A stretch of 64,000 bases of DNA, taken from Microcoleus sp. (lineage in GTDB: Bacteria > Cyanobacteriota > Cyanobacteriia > Cyanobacteriales > Microcoleaceae). Under the pieces are notes generated by a model. The model was given only the letters and a program-made list of their open reading frames with translations. It made no database searches and had not been told where the DNA came from. The position numbers and the translations under genes are program-made. How positions within the stretch are numbered: position 1 is the first letter of the stretch; each line of letters begins with the position of its first letter. This document shows positions 23,200-33,015 of the stretch, in pieces. The stretch covers positions 128,001 to 192,000 of the forward strand of contig JAYFMW010000017.1 of NCBI GenBank assembly GCA_042408215.1, in the 5' to 3' direction.

Positions 23200-24141
23200 A
23201 TGTCTAATAGACAAAAAAGATTTAGATTGGGGTGTGCTACTATGAATTTTGAAATTGCGCTAAGTTCAATAAATATTTGGGTTGCTGAAACCAAATCTCA
23301 AAGCTTGAGTCCTTGGGAAAAGGAGATTTTTCGACATTCCTGGGAGGGTGATAAGTACGATGACATGAATATTTCTGGCTATAGCATTGACTATATCAGG
23401 AAAATTCTAGCACCTAAACTCTGGAAGCTACTTTCAGAAGTAATCGGAGAAACAGTCACTAAAAAAAATCTCAGAATAGTGATTGCAAGTGCATTGGAGA
23501 AGCGAAATAGCCAAAGGTTTAGTCCCAGCCCAAAATTTACCCTTTCCTATCGGCATGATACCTCCAATGTCGATGAAACCACCGTTCACAACATCATTGC
23601 GGGCAATTGTTACAAGAGTTTGAAATTATCTTTGCGATCGCAACCTTACAAGATATTTATCGGTGATGTGCCTTTGTGGATGCCAACCTCTGACTACTGC
23701 TGCTATCCAGATGTGATGGTAATTCAAGGAGATCCTGTTTACAAGGGAACCAACAAAACCATAATTACCAATCCTTTACTGATTGTTGAAGTTTTATCAT
23801 ATTCAACCAAAAACTACGATAAAAGTGAGAAATTTGCTGGTTATCGAGCAATTCCTGGATTTCAGGAATATATCTTGATTGAGGAATCCAAAGTTCATGT
23901 CGAGCATTACACTAAATCCGCGGATCATCAATGGCTATTTAGAGAGTATCGTTCAGAAAACTATGTAATAAATTTAGCTGCAATTCAGGCACAAATTTCC
24001 TTGCATGAACTTTATGAAGATGTTGAATTTGATTGCATTGATCGTCGATTAGAAAATCTAGAAAAAAAACGGCGAACCAGAATAATCTATGGACGAAATT
24101 TATTGTTGAATCAGGTGAGGACTGACGCAGAAACCAGTTAG
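23200..24141 (+). CDS. Fusion of a cyanobacterial N-terminal HTH domain with a Uma2-family (PD-(D/E)XK) endonuclease domain
   Basis: SWEGDKY...GYSIDYIR...LWKLLSEVIGETVTKKN resembles the HTH found ahead of cyanobacterial NB-ARC/AAA proteins; YPDVMV...NPLLIVEVLS.ST...DK..KF..Y..IP..QEYILI is Uma2-like. Confidence 0.7.
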   Translation: MSNRQKRFRLGCATMNFEIALSSINIWVAETKSQSLSPWEKEIFRHSWEGDKYDDMNISGYSIDYIRKILAPKLWKLLSEVIGETVTKKNLRIVIASALEKRNSQRFSPSPKFTLSYRHDTSNVDETTVHNIIAGNCYKSLKLSLRSQPYKIFIGDVPLWMPTSDYCCYPDVMVIQGDPVYKGTNKTIITNPLLIVEVLSYSTKNYDKSEKFAGYRAIPGFQEYILIEESKVHVEHYTKSADHQWLFREYRSENYVINLAAIQAQISLHELYEDVEFDCIDRRLENLEKKRRTRIIYGRNLLLNQVRTDAETS

Positions 24142-24450
24142 TGATGCTAAAACGCCGCAACTAAGGTAAAATATGATAAACTTGATGTGTCCTAAACGGT
24201 CTTCTACATTGTTGCCAAAAATCCAGAGAAATAACATATTTCCGGCGACGTGGAGAAAGCCTGCGTGGAGGAATTGGGAGCTAATTAGTGTTGTCCATTC
24301 GGGAAATGGGGAAGCGGGTAGGGAAACTCGACAGATGTTAGTTAGCTGACAAGGAACTACGGCCCAAGAGTAGAAGAATTGCGTTAATTGGCGATCGCCC
24401 AAAGTGCATTCGTACAAAAATACTAACACATTTGCGGCAATCAGTCCATA
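24136..24450 (-). pseudogene. 315-bp duplicated fragment of the rhomboid gene
   Basis: Matches 13578-13892 with two substitutions; lacks the start codon and the catalytic GASG/H region. Confidence 0.92.
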
Positions 24451-24521
24451 AAGACCTCTCCCAAAAAGCTTGTCAAGAACAGGCCGGATGCCTGTTCCAC
24501 AATAATTATTGGAGATGTCTA
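24451..24521. mobile_element. 71-bp MITE-like element (degenerate left TIR)
   Basis: aagacctctcc...ggagatgtcta; occupies the place of the rhomboid start region in the duplicate. Confidence 0.65.
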
Positions 24522-24923
24522 TAGGACATCAAAATATTGGCAACACCATTATAATGCGTAAGTCCTGTAAGATTAATTCAGCCTTGGCTTTTAGACCTAT
24601 TTGCTGCCAATATAAAACGCGATTAACCGCGAAATAGGGCAGTTTAAAAAGAGTGTGCTTTTCAAGCGCTACATCTCCCGCGCAGTAGCCGTCGTTAATC
24701 CAAGGGATACGCAGTATTCAAACCTTTAACAATGTCGCGTATCGAGCCGCCCCAAGCATTAGCTAATTGCCACCATGCTGCATTTCTGTCAGTTTCTCTC
24801 CGGCGATCGTTAGAGATAAACATAAGTCATTTATAGTGGTTTTAGCCTCTTGCTAAAGTAATAAAATAGTGGGTTTTAAAAGGTGTGAGTGTGAGTCTTT
24901 AGAGGTATTTTATAGTAATTCTA

Positions 24924-25065
24924 TTAAGGCACATAGGAGGCTCCATTAATATCGATCGTTGTCCCAGTAGCGTGGGGAGCCAAACCAGAGGCAAAAAAAG
25001 CGATAACATTAGCAATATCTTGAGGACGAAGGATTTTGCCGATCGCAATATCGCGCACAATATCA
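24924..25065 (-). pseudogene. C-terminal remnant of an SDR oxidoreductase
   Basis: IGKILRPQDIANVIAFFAS...TGTTIDINGA matches an SDR C-terminus; no N-terminal Rossmann motif upstream. Confidence 0.6.
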
Positions 25066-25216
25066 GCATCTCTATCTCTATCTTTTCTCTTTCTCTGCGC
25101 CCTCTGCGCCCTCTGCGGTAAAAAAAAATAAATCTTTTTCACAAACGAAATAGAATTGCTATACGATCATTGTACAGGATTGAGAGTTCTATTTGAAATA
25201 CACCTAAAAATTCGCC

Positions 25217-26161
25217 ATGAAAGCAGTTGTGTTCGATCGCTACGGTTCCGTCGAGGTATTGCAGTACCGAGAATTGTCCAAGCCAACAATCAAACCCGAT
25301 CAATTGCTAGTGCGAGTTCGCGCTAGCAGCGTCAATCCCGTAGACTGGAAAATCCGGCAAGGACACGTACAATTATTGTCAGGATTTAACTTTCCTCGGA
25401 TTGTCGGTTCCGATATCTCTGGAGTTGTGGAAGAAATCGGCAGGGAAGTCAGCAAATTTCAACCTGGAGATGAAGTTTATACCTTCTTAAATCCCCTGAC
25501 TGGTGGCGCTTGTGCCGAATACTGCGCCGTACCGGAATCTGCTGCGGCTATTAAACCTCAAAACATTACTCATACAGAAGCAGCAACAGTACCGATCGCC
25601 GGTTTAACTGCTTTGCAAGCACTCCGGGATTTGGGTGAAATTCAAGCCGGAAAAAAGGTATTGATTAACGGTGCTTCCGGCGGAGTGGGCATTTTTGCAG
25701 TGCAAATTGCGAAAGCGATGGACGCAGTAGTAACGGGAGTTTGCAGCGCCAAAAATAGAGATTTTGTAAATAATTTGGGAGCAGATTTTGTTTTAGATTA
25801 CGCTGAAGTTGACTTTACTAAACAGACACAAAAGTATGATATAATCTTGGATGCTGTCGGCAAAAAAACTTTTGCTGAATGCGAAAATGTGCTGCAAACG
25901 GATGGAGTTTATATCTCAACTTTGCCGAGTTTTGACAACCTCGTGCCGATGTTTCTAAGCTGGTTTGTGCCGGGTAAAAAAGCTAAATCAATTGTGGCTA
26001 ATGCTAACAACAGCGATTTAGGGGTTTTGCGGGAATTGATAGAATCTGGTAAAGTTGAGCCGATTGTCGATCGCACTTACAGCTTAGCAGAAGTAGCAGC
26101 AGCCCATGCTTACAGCGAAACGGGGCGCGCTGTGGGTAAAATTGCGATCGGCATTGAATAA
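25217..26161 (+). CDS. NAD(P)-dependent MDR-family oxidoreductase (quinone reductase/alcohol dehydrogenase-like)
   Basis: VNPVDWKIRQG, VLINGASGGVG and GRAVGKI motifs. Confidence 0.88.
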   Translation: MKAVVFDRYGSVEVLQYRELSKPTIKPDQLLVRVRASSVNPVDWKIRQGHVQLLSGFNFPRIVGSDISGVVEEIGREVSKFQPGDEVYTFLNPLTGGACAEYCAVPESAAAIKPQNITHTEAATVPIAGLTALQALRDLGEIQAGKKVLINGASGGVGIFAVQIAKAMDAVVTGVCSAKNRDFVNNLGADFVLDYAEVDFTKQTQKYDIILDAVGKKTFAECENVLQTDGVYISTLPSFDNLVPMFLSWFVPGKKAKSIVANANNSDLGVLRELIESGKVEPIVDRTYSLAEVAAAHAYSETGRAVGKIAIGIE

Positions 26162-26311
26162 AGAAGAAGTCATTAGTCAGTAGTCATTAGTCATTAGTTG
26201 GTTGTTAGTTGTTGGTGGTTATTTGTTGGTTATAATAACCAAGGCCAATACTTTTCGGCCCGATTCCCAATTCCCGATTACCAATTCCCCATTACCAATT
26301 CCCGATTCCTT

Positions 26312-27142
26312 ATGACAGCCCCCTCAGACTTGGAGACATCCGAACAAAATTTCGACAATAACCTGGAACCCAGCATTGCACCAATTGCAGACGGTTTCAC
26401 GGGTTCCCGCAACCTCGAAAACGAATTTCTAGACGAACTCCCGGACGAAGTTGAGATGTCTTTGTTCGATCATTTAGAAGAATTGCGGATGCGAATTTTC
26501 TATGCGCTAATTGCAGTAGTAATCGGTATAGTCGGCTGCTTTTTATATGTGAGACCGATCGTTAAACTGCTAGAAGTACCAGCAGGAGCAGTCAAATTTT
26601 TGCAACTAGCTCCCGGAGAGTATTTCTTTGTCTCGATCAAAGTTGCCGGATATAGCGGTTTGCTAATCGCAAGTCCGTTTATTTTTTACCAAATAGCGCT
26701 ATTTGTTCTCCCTGGATTAACTCGCAAAGAACGCGGGTTGCTCGGCCCTGTTTTCTTCGGTTCGAGTTTCCTGTTTTTAGGCGGGTTAGTATTTTCTTAC
26801 ATCGCTTTGATTCCGGCGGCGCTCAATTTCTTTGTCACCTACGGAGCCGATGTTGTAGAGCAATTATGGTCGATCGACAAATACTTTGAATTTGTTTTAT
26901 TATTAATGTTCAGCACTGGCTTAGCATTTCAAATCCCGATCGTCCAAGTTTTGCTTGGTCTTTTAGGCATAGTTTCTTCTAAGCAAATGTTGTCTGGTTG
27001 GCGCTATGTAGTCTTGGGAGCGGCGGTTTTGGGAGCGGTTTTAACGCCTTCTACTGATCCTTTGACTCAAAGTCTTTTAGGAGGTGCGGTGCTGGCTCTT
27101 TACTTTGGTGGCGTTGGTTTGGTGAAGCTTTTAGGGCGATAA
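26312..27142 (+). CDS. tatC: Twin-arginine translocase subunit TatC
   Basis: [23 protein letters not shown] and TPSTDP motifs; start set at ATG 26312, after STRR-derived upstream sequence. Confidence 0.95.
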   Translation: MTAPSDLETSEQNFDNNLEPSIAPIADGFTGSRNLENEFLDELPDEVEMSLFDHLEELRMRIFYALIAVVIGIVGCFLYVRPIVKLLEVPAGAVKFLQLAPGEYFFVSIKVAGYSGLLIASPFIFYQIALFVLPGLTRKERGLLGPVFFGSSFLFLGGLVFSYIALIPAALNFFVTYGADVVEQLWSIDKYFEFVLLLMFSTGLAFQIPIVQVLLGLLGIVSSKQMLSGWRYVVLGAAVLGAVLTPSTDPLTQSLLGGAVLALYFGGVGLVKLLGR

Positions 27143-27171
27143 TTAGACCAACCTAAAAAAAGAGAACACCC

Positions 27172-27272
27172 AGAACCCCGACTTCTTTAAGAAGTCGGGG
27201 TTCTAACAGCGAATAAGATCGATCGACTAGCCCTAAAAAATATAGAGATGCGGGCGATCGCCCGCATCTCTA
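27172..27272. terminator. Two perfect hairpins between convergent tatC and ccmK-like genes
   Basis: agaaccccgacttctt-t-aagaagtcggggttct and tagagatgcgggcgatcgcccgcatctcta. Confidence 0.6.
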
Positions 27273-27320
27273 CATTGATCAATGTTAAAATTCGACATCA
27301 AAGTTTTGCTAAAACCTTAA

Positions 27321-27629
27321 CTACATTCGGAACTGTTCTACTTCGGGAGTGTAACCGATCGGCAAAACGTAATCCAGATTCTCGTGGGGACGAGCAATGA
27401 TGTGATACGATAGCAACTTTCCGCCATCGACCTTTTTAACTGATTCAATCCCAGCAGCAACGGCTGCTTGCACTTCCGATATATCTCCTCGAACTATGAC
27501 TGTCCAGTAGGCGCGGGTTATTTTTTCATAGCGAACTAAAGTAACGCGGGCTGCTTTCACCATTGAGTCCGCAACTTCTACGGCTGAGGGAAGTCCTAAG
27601 ACTTCAACCATTCCAACTGCAACACCCAT
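27321..27629 (-). CDS. ccmK: BMC-H carboxysome shell protein, CcmK-like, stand-alone
   Basis: AVGMVE...[17 protein letters not shown]...[10 protein letters not shown]...[22 protein letters not shown]. Confidence 0.85.
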   Translation of the reverse strand: MGVAVGMVEVLGLPSAVEVADSMVKAARVTLVRYEKITRAYWTVIVRGDISEVQAAVAAGIESVKKVDGGKLLSYHIIARPHENLDYVLPIGYTPEVEQFRM

Positions 27630-27847
27630 TACACTATTCTCCTAAATTTCACGGAATATCTGAAACTCATTGTATGTGAAATTGATGACAGAAATTGGTG
27701 AGGTTGATTTTGCCTTCGGTAAAAGCCAGAAGGCAAGAGGGGGTGTGGCGATGAGCCGTGGCCCGATCGCACTACAATTCTGTGACTGCTCTCGGCTGTC
27801 ACGATCGCTGATGACTAATGACTGCTGACTGCTGACTAATAACTGAT

Positions 27848-28165
27848 TCAAAACTCGTCTAGCAGCCACTCCGAGGCTCTAGATCCCAAATCTAGGGCGA
27901 CGCTGACGGCTTTGCCCAAACGGGGGCGATCGCGGGTAGTGGCGATATACTCTTTCACCTGTTCGGTGCTCCCCCAGGCGTTGAGATAATTGGCCACTGC
28001 GTCCAAATGCTCGAAATAATCAGCCTCCGTCATGGGGAAAGACACCTGCTCCAGATATTTCCACATAACTTGGACAAAAATCTTGCCCCGCGTCCGCCGC
28101 AATCTGATATCGTAAGATTTTCCCCATTTTTCTATTAATAGCTGGTGTAAATCCTTGCCCGTCAT
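27848..28165 (-). CDS. DUF3067-family protein
   Basis: KWGKSYDI...QVMWKYLEQVSFP...RPRLGKAVS; family commonly found next to petC (recalled). Confidence 0.8.
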   Translation of the reverse strand: MTGKDLHQLLIEKWGKSYDIRLRRTRGKIFVQVMWKYLEQVSFPMTEADYFEHLDAVANYLNAWGSTEQVKEYIATTRDRPRLGKAVSVALDLGSRASEWLLDEF

Positions 28166-28186
28166 GGTTTCTCCTCAGTAAATTCC

Positions 28187-28910
28187 GTGAAGTACCCACC
28201 ACTGATTCGGAGTACCGAATACAGTGGGGGCTTCCAGTTTCATAGGTCAGTGCCACGTTGGGGATTCCTATTGCTAGGAGTTCGTCACCAAAGACGATGA
28301 TGGTCTTACCTGTCCTCCGGAGGTTTGGAACTCGTCCCTTACTCCCGTAACCCCGTGGTTACCCTGGCAGCAACCCAGCCTTCCGCAGGTTGTTTTGAAT
28401 TAGTTTACTTGAAGCACCGCATGGATTTACAGCGACTTGTGCACTCGCTTGTACACTCGCGTAGTGGAAGTACGCAGCCGAAGTATTGCAGACCAGCTAG
28501 CAGTGCTCTTTCCCTGAACTTTGAACTTTCTGCGGTAAGCATATTACTGCTACTTTGAAGTTTACCTGTCTGGTCGTCACAATCAGGTGGGTCAGCAACC
28601 ATCTATAGCCTATCATGTATGTAGATATTGTGTAGATGGTTATGACTAAAAAAGGATTGAATCTACGGATAACTGAGCGTCGTCTAAATAAGCTTAGGTT
28701 ATATGCAGCCAGCAAGGAGAAAACAATGACGCAATTAGTAGAAGACTGGATTGACAGACTACCAAGTCCAGAAATTGACGCAGATCTCAAACATCCCTCC
28801 CGCACTGACCTAGGTTCAACATAGGTCGAGGATGCCTTCGTCGCCGGGAAAGCTTAGATCCCGCCACTGATTTCGAGTACCAAATACAATGGGGAACTTA
28901 CGCCGATTTA
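28187..28910 (-). mobile_element. tnpB-less IS200/IS605-type element carrying a small ribbon-helix-helix gene
   Basis: Two similar subterminal hairpins in direct orientation (ccaccactgattcggagtaccgaatacagtgggg ~28196; ccgccactgatttcgagtaccaaatacaatgggg ~28861); minus strand TTCAC|taaatcggcg ... gtacTTCAC|; reRNA-like tail ggaggacaggtaagacc..ctatgaaactggaagcccc. Confidence 0.68.
28636..28824 (+). CDS. Small ribbon-helix-helix (CopG-like) DNA-binding protein
   Basis: LNLRITERRLNKLRLYAASKEKTMTQLVEDWIDRL: beta-strand plus two-helix pattern. Confidence 0.7.
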   Translation: MVMTKKGLNLRITERRLNKLRLYAASKEKTMTQLVEDWIDRLPSPEIDADLKHPSRTDLGST

Positions 28911-29107
28911 GTGAAACAATAAAAGACAAAGTTCAAAAAATGTAATAATACTCTAATAAAAGCTGGAAGGCGCATTCTTAAAAGGAATTTTCGCTGCCTC
29001 AACAAGAGTGAAAGCAGATTAACCGCAATCATTCCCGTTGTCTGCACGTAACAGATTCACAGCTACAGCTCGCAAACAAACGTAACTTAAAATCGCAAAG
29101 GCAGGTC

Positions 29108-29650
29108 ATGGCTCAAACTTCTGCTGGAAATCCAGATGTCCCCGATATGGGGCGTCGCCAATTTATGAATTTGCTGACGTTCGGTACTGTCACAGGTGTG
29201 GCACTGGGCGCACTCTATCCCGTTGTCAATTATTTTATTCCTCCTTCGAGTGGCGGAGCTGGCGGTGGAGTGACTGCTAAGGATGCCCTGGGTAACGACA
29301 TCGTAGTCAGCAAATATTTGGCTTCCCATCCCGCTGGCGATCGCACTCTAGCTCAAGGTCTCAAAGGGGACCCCACTTATATTGTGGTGGAAAAAGACTT
29401 ATCTCTGGCCGAATACGGCATCAATGCAGTTTGCACTCATTTGGGCTGCGTCGTGCCTTGGAATAACAGTGAAAACAAGTTCATCTGTCCGTGTCACGGT
29501 TCTCAATACAACAGTGAAGGCAAAGTGGTACGCGGCCCAGCACCTTTGTCTCTGGCCCTCGCCCACGCCACTGTTGCAGATGACAAGCTGGCTTTTACCA
29601 CTTGGACAGAAACAGATTTCCGCACCGGCGAAGCCCCTTGGTGGTCATAG
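29108..29650 (+). CDS. petC: Cytochrome b6f Rieske iron-sulfur subunit
   Basis: Twin-arginine RRQFMN, CTHLGC, CPCHGS and GPAPLSL motifs. Confidence 0.97.
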   Translation: MAQTSAGNPDVPDMGRRQFMNLLTFGTVTGVALGALYPVVNYFIPPSSGGAGGGVTAKDALGNDIVVSKYLASHPAGDRTLAQGLKGDPTYIVVEKDLSLAEYGINAVCTHLGCVVPWNNSENKFICPCHGSQYNSEGKVVRGPAPLSLALAHATVADDKLAFTTWTETDFRTGEAPWWS

Positions 29651-29860
29651 TTATTAGTCATTAGTGAGCAGTCAGCAGTTAGTAGCCAGTCGTTAGTGGT
29701 TAGTAGTTAGTAGTTAGTGGTTAGTAGTTAGTAGTTAGTTCCAATAACCAATAACAAGTAACCAATAACAAGTAACCAATAACCAATAACCGATAACTAA
29801 TGACTAATGACCAATGACTAATGACCAATGACTAATGACGAATGACTAATGACTAATGAT
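29650..29860. repeat. Inverted STRR heptamer arrays between petC and petA
   Basis: (tagtagt/tagtggt)n followed by (ccaataa/tgactaa)n. Confidence 0.85.
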
Positions 29861-29893
29861 TAAATTGTCTGACCTTTGAGATTGAATACTCTG

Positions 29894-30884
29894 ATGCCAC
29901 AAACTAATTTATCTGCGATCTTTCGTCGCAGTGTCAGGACGATCGCCAAAACTGCCCTAGTGGCGATCGCAGCCGCAGCATTTTTCCTCAGCAGCGACAT
30001 CGCACTTCCCCAAGCAGCATTCGCCTATCCTTTCTGGGCTCAAGAAACAGCACCCGCGACTCCCCGCGAAGCAACAGGCCGGATTGTTTGCGCTAACTGT
30101 CACTTGGGCGCAAAACCCACCGAAGTTGAAGTACCGCAATCTGTTTTGCCTGACACAGTTTTTGAAGCTATTGTCAAGATTCCCTACGATACTAGCGTTC
30201 AACAAGTTGTCGGCGACGGCAGCAAAGGCGGCTTGAATGTGGGTGCTGTAGTGATGTTGCCCCGAAGGTTTCAAAATTGCTCCGGCCGACAGAATTCCCG
30301 AAGAAATGAAGGAAAAAGTCGGCGATCTTTACTTCCAAACTTACAGCGAAACCCAAGAAAATATTATTTTAGTGGGCCCGCTGCCAGGGGAGCAGTACAA
30401 AGAATTGGTCTTCCCAGTTTTGTCGCCAAATCCGGCAACTGACAAGTCCGTTCACTTTGGCAAATACCAAATTTTTGTCGGAGGCAACCGTGGTCGTGGT
30501 CAGGTTTATCCTACCGGCGCCAAGAGCAATAATACTGTTTATAATGCTTCGGTAGCGGGGACAATTTCTAAGATTTCCACACCTGAAGATGGCGGTTATG
30601 AACTGACAATTCAACCGGCAGAAGGTGCAGCGGTTGTTGATACAATTCCTGCTGGCCCGGAACTGATTGTTTCTGAAGGACAAACAGTTGCAGCCGGAGA
30701 ACTTTTGACAAGCAATCCTAATGTGGGCGGTTTCGGTCAAAAAGATGTGGAGATTGTGCTGCAAAGTGCCACTCGAATTCAAGGAATGATGGCTTTCGTG
30801 GCTTTGACCATGTTGGCTCAAATTATGCTGGTTCTTAAGAAGAAACAGGTCGAGAAAGTTCAAGCTGCTGAAATGAATTTCTAA
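29894..30884 (+). CDS. petA: Apocytochrome f; one apparent +1 frameshift at CCCC 30260-30263
   Basis: YPFWAQ...CANCH heme motif in ORF 29876-30442; GGNRGRGQ...[16 protein letters not shown] in ORF 30306-30884; removing one C restores [10 protein letters not shown]. Confidence 0.93.
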
Positions 30885-31112
30885 TACCAAATCCGGGGAA
30901 AGCCACCCCCTTTATTATTCGGCGGTTGAAACCGCTTCTACATAAACAAAGTCCGCCGACGCGGACTAAGAAGTAAAGGGAGTATTTAAGCCGGATTTGA
31001 TCTAACAGCGTCTGTAACTCGATCGCCTGTAAGGTGTCCCCTAGACACTCTAGTATTAGGTAATGAGGGCGGGAATACCCGCCCTCTTGTTTGATAAATA
31101 ATCAGTAAAATA

Positions 31113-31964
31113 ATGTCAATTGATGAGAAAGTAATTGAGGTCGGGTCGCTGCAATGGTTTTATCGGGAAACTAATCCGGTTAACGAATCTGACAAGCCTC
31201 CGGTGCTGCTACTGCACGGTTTGCCCTCCCAAAGTTTTACCTGGACTGTAATTATGCCGGATTTGGCTGCACAGGGGTTTCGATCGATCGCACCAGATTG
31301 GGTGGGTTATGGGCGATCGGCAAAACCGGACAAACGCGACTTTGCCTACACTCCCGATGCTTTTGTTGAGGCCCTCGCTGGCTTTATTCAAGCTTTAGAA
31401 ATAGACAGATTTTACCTAGTTGTCCAAGGATTTTTAGCTTCTGCTGGCATTCAATATGCCTTGCGAAACCCCGATAAAATTGAACGTTTAGTTGTCATAA
31501 ATACACCTATTTCAGCAGATATCAAGTTGCCTTGGAAAATGCAGCAATTGGGACTGCCTTTTATTGGCGATATGATGACCCAAGACCCGCTTTTGGTGGA
31601 CAGAACCTTAGAAGGTGGCTGTCGCAAGACGATATCAGACAAGGATTTAGATGTTTATCGCCGTCCATTTTTGAAGAGTTCTGATGCTGGGCGATCGCTG
31701 ATGAATACAGTCCGCAATATTCAACTGCCGCAGTCAATGGCAGAAATTGAATCCGGCTTTCAAGGATGGACTCGACCAACCTTATTTGTGTGGGGATTAA
31801 CAGACCCTTGGCTGAGTGTTGAGCCCGCTCAAAAGTTAGTTAGTTCCTTGCAAAATGCGGAGTTAGTTAAGGTGGAACAAGCGGGACATTATCCTCAAGA
31901 ACATTGGTCAGAAAAAGTTGGTGAGGCCTTGAGCACTTTTCTGCGCCGAAAAGAGGTAAACTAA
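31113..31964 (+). CDS. Alpha/beta-fold hydrolase (haloalkane dehalogenase-like)
   Basis: LLLHGLP, APDWVGYGRS and AGHYPQE motifs. Confidence 0.85.
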   Translation: MSIDEKVIEVGSLQWFYRETNPVNESDKPPVLLLHGLPSQSFTWTVIMPDLAAQGFRSIAPDWVGYGRSAKPDKRDFAYTPDAFVEALAGFIQALEIDRFYLVVQGFLASAGIQYALRNPDKIERLVVINTPISADIKLPWKMQQLGLPFIGDMMTQDPLLVDRTLEGGCRKTISDKDLDVYRRPFLKSSDAGRSLMNTVRNIQLPQSMAEIESGFQGWTRPTLFVWGLTDPWLSVEPAQKLVSSLQNAELVKVEQAGHYPQEHWSEKVGEALSTFLRRKEVN

Positions 31965-32090
31965 TTTTTTGTACCTCACTTTCGGTGCTGGGTAAGCGAG
32001 GCAGAACCAAAGCATCTGCGTTCCCAGGCAGAGCCCATTGGTCAAAACTTAACGTTAAATCGATCGTCTCTTGTTTGTATCGAAGTCTTG

Positions 32091-32195
32091 ATCCCCCCTA
32101 ACCCCCTTTAATAAGGGGAGTAGGGGAGTAGGGGGTGTGGGACAAGATTCTTCTCAAAGTCCCCCTTATTAAGGGGGATTTAGGGGGATCGAGAC
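32091..32195. repeat. Palindromic atcccccctaacccc...ggggatttagggggat repeat, copy 1
   Basis: Near-identical to 32856-33015. Confidence 0.8.
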
Positions 32196-32319
32196 TCGAC
32201 TAAAAGCGACTTTTATTATGCGTTTGGCAGGTCACCGGCAGAGCCGGAACGAGCTTTCCGTAAGGGCGGTGTCCGCGTACCTGCAACGAGCAATCAAAAA
32301 TCAAAAATCAAAAATCCCT

Positions 32320-32763
32320 ATGACTCGTCCCCGTTCATTTTTTGCCTTGATGATGTCATTTCTGATGGCATTTCTAGTCAGTTGCAGCAGTGTGGAAGCA
32401 AAAGCTCCAACCACTTACACAGCAGCCCAGATTCAACAAATTCAGCGTTCTGTTCCTACTCTTACAGAATTGCGATCGCGCATGGATAAGCTGGGAACCC
32501 TAATTCAAAAACGCAATTGGGTTGATACCAGAACTTACATTCACGGGCCTCTCGGCGACTTGCGGGGCGCAATGAAAAGCGTCTCTGCTAGCCTGTTACC
32601 TCAAGCTCAAAAAGAAGCTGTTGATTTAACCAAGAGTTTGTTTGCCGATTTGGTGAACATTGATATTGCTGCTAAGGATCTTGACTATGCAAAAGTCACC
32701 AGCAGCTATCAAAAAGCAGTGGATGATTTTGATGCTTTCTTGCAGCTAATTCCTAAAGCTTAA
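32320..32763 (+). CDS. psbQ: Photosystem II lipoprotein PsbQ (CyanoQ)
   Basis: Lipobox LVSC, PTTYT, NWVDTRTYIHGPLG motifs. Confidence 0.92.
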   Translation: MTRPRSFFALMMSFLMAFLVSCSSVEAKAPTTYTAAQIQQIQRSVPTLTELRSRMDKLGTLIQKRNWVDTRTYIHGPLGDLRGAMKSVSASLLPQAQKEAVDLTKSLFADLVNIDIAAKDLDYAKVTSSYQKAVDDFDAFLQLIPKA

Positions 32764-32855
32764 TAACTTTTGGGCTTGGGGTAGGGTGGGCAATAGACTG
32801 GTGTCAATAACTGGGCTAAAACTCATCATAAATGTCGCTTGTAGTCGAGTCTATA

Positions 32856-33015
32856 TCCCCCCTAACCCCCCTTAATAAGGGGAGTAGGGGAGTAGGGGGT
32901 GTGGGACAAGACGAAGAGTATTCTCAAAGTCCCCATTCTTAAGGCGGGGGACAAGAGCATTCTCAAAGTCAACCCCTACTCCCCTTCTTAAGGGGGATTT
33001 AGGGGGATCGAGACT
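32856..33015. repeat. Palindromic atcccccctaacccc...ggggatttagggggat repeat, copy 2 with an internal duplication
   Basis: Same ends as 32091-32195; the gggacaaga..ttctcaaagtc unit is present twice. Confidence 0.8.

Noticed and set aside
13578..24450. DGR template/variable repeat pair (both differences are A-to-G on the plus strand)
   Set aside because: Only two changes, both synonymous T-to-C on the coding strand; no reverse transcriptase or accessory gene visible
26198..26311. N-terminal extensions of tatC (likewise psbQ, recF, pepN, cpcC) in the ORF track
   Set aside because: They run through STRR or palindromic intergenic sequence; downstream starts match the family N-termini
28325..28805. 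ORFs 28325-28558, 28405-28602 and 28497-28805 as genes
   Set aside because: No recognisable motifs; they overlap each other and the RHH gene inside an IS-derived segment
30255..30310. Programmed frameshifting in petA
   Set aside because: No slippery heptamer or known precedent; a homopolymer error is simpler
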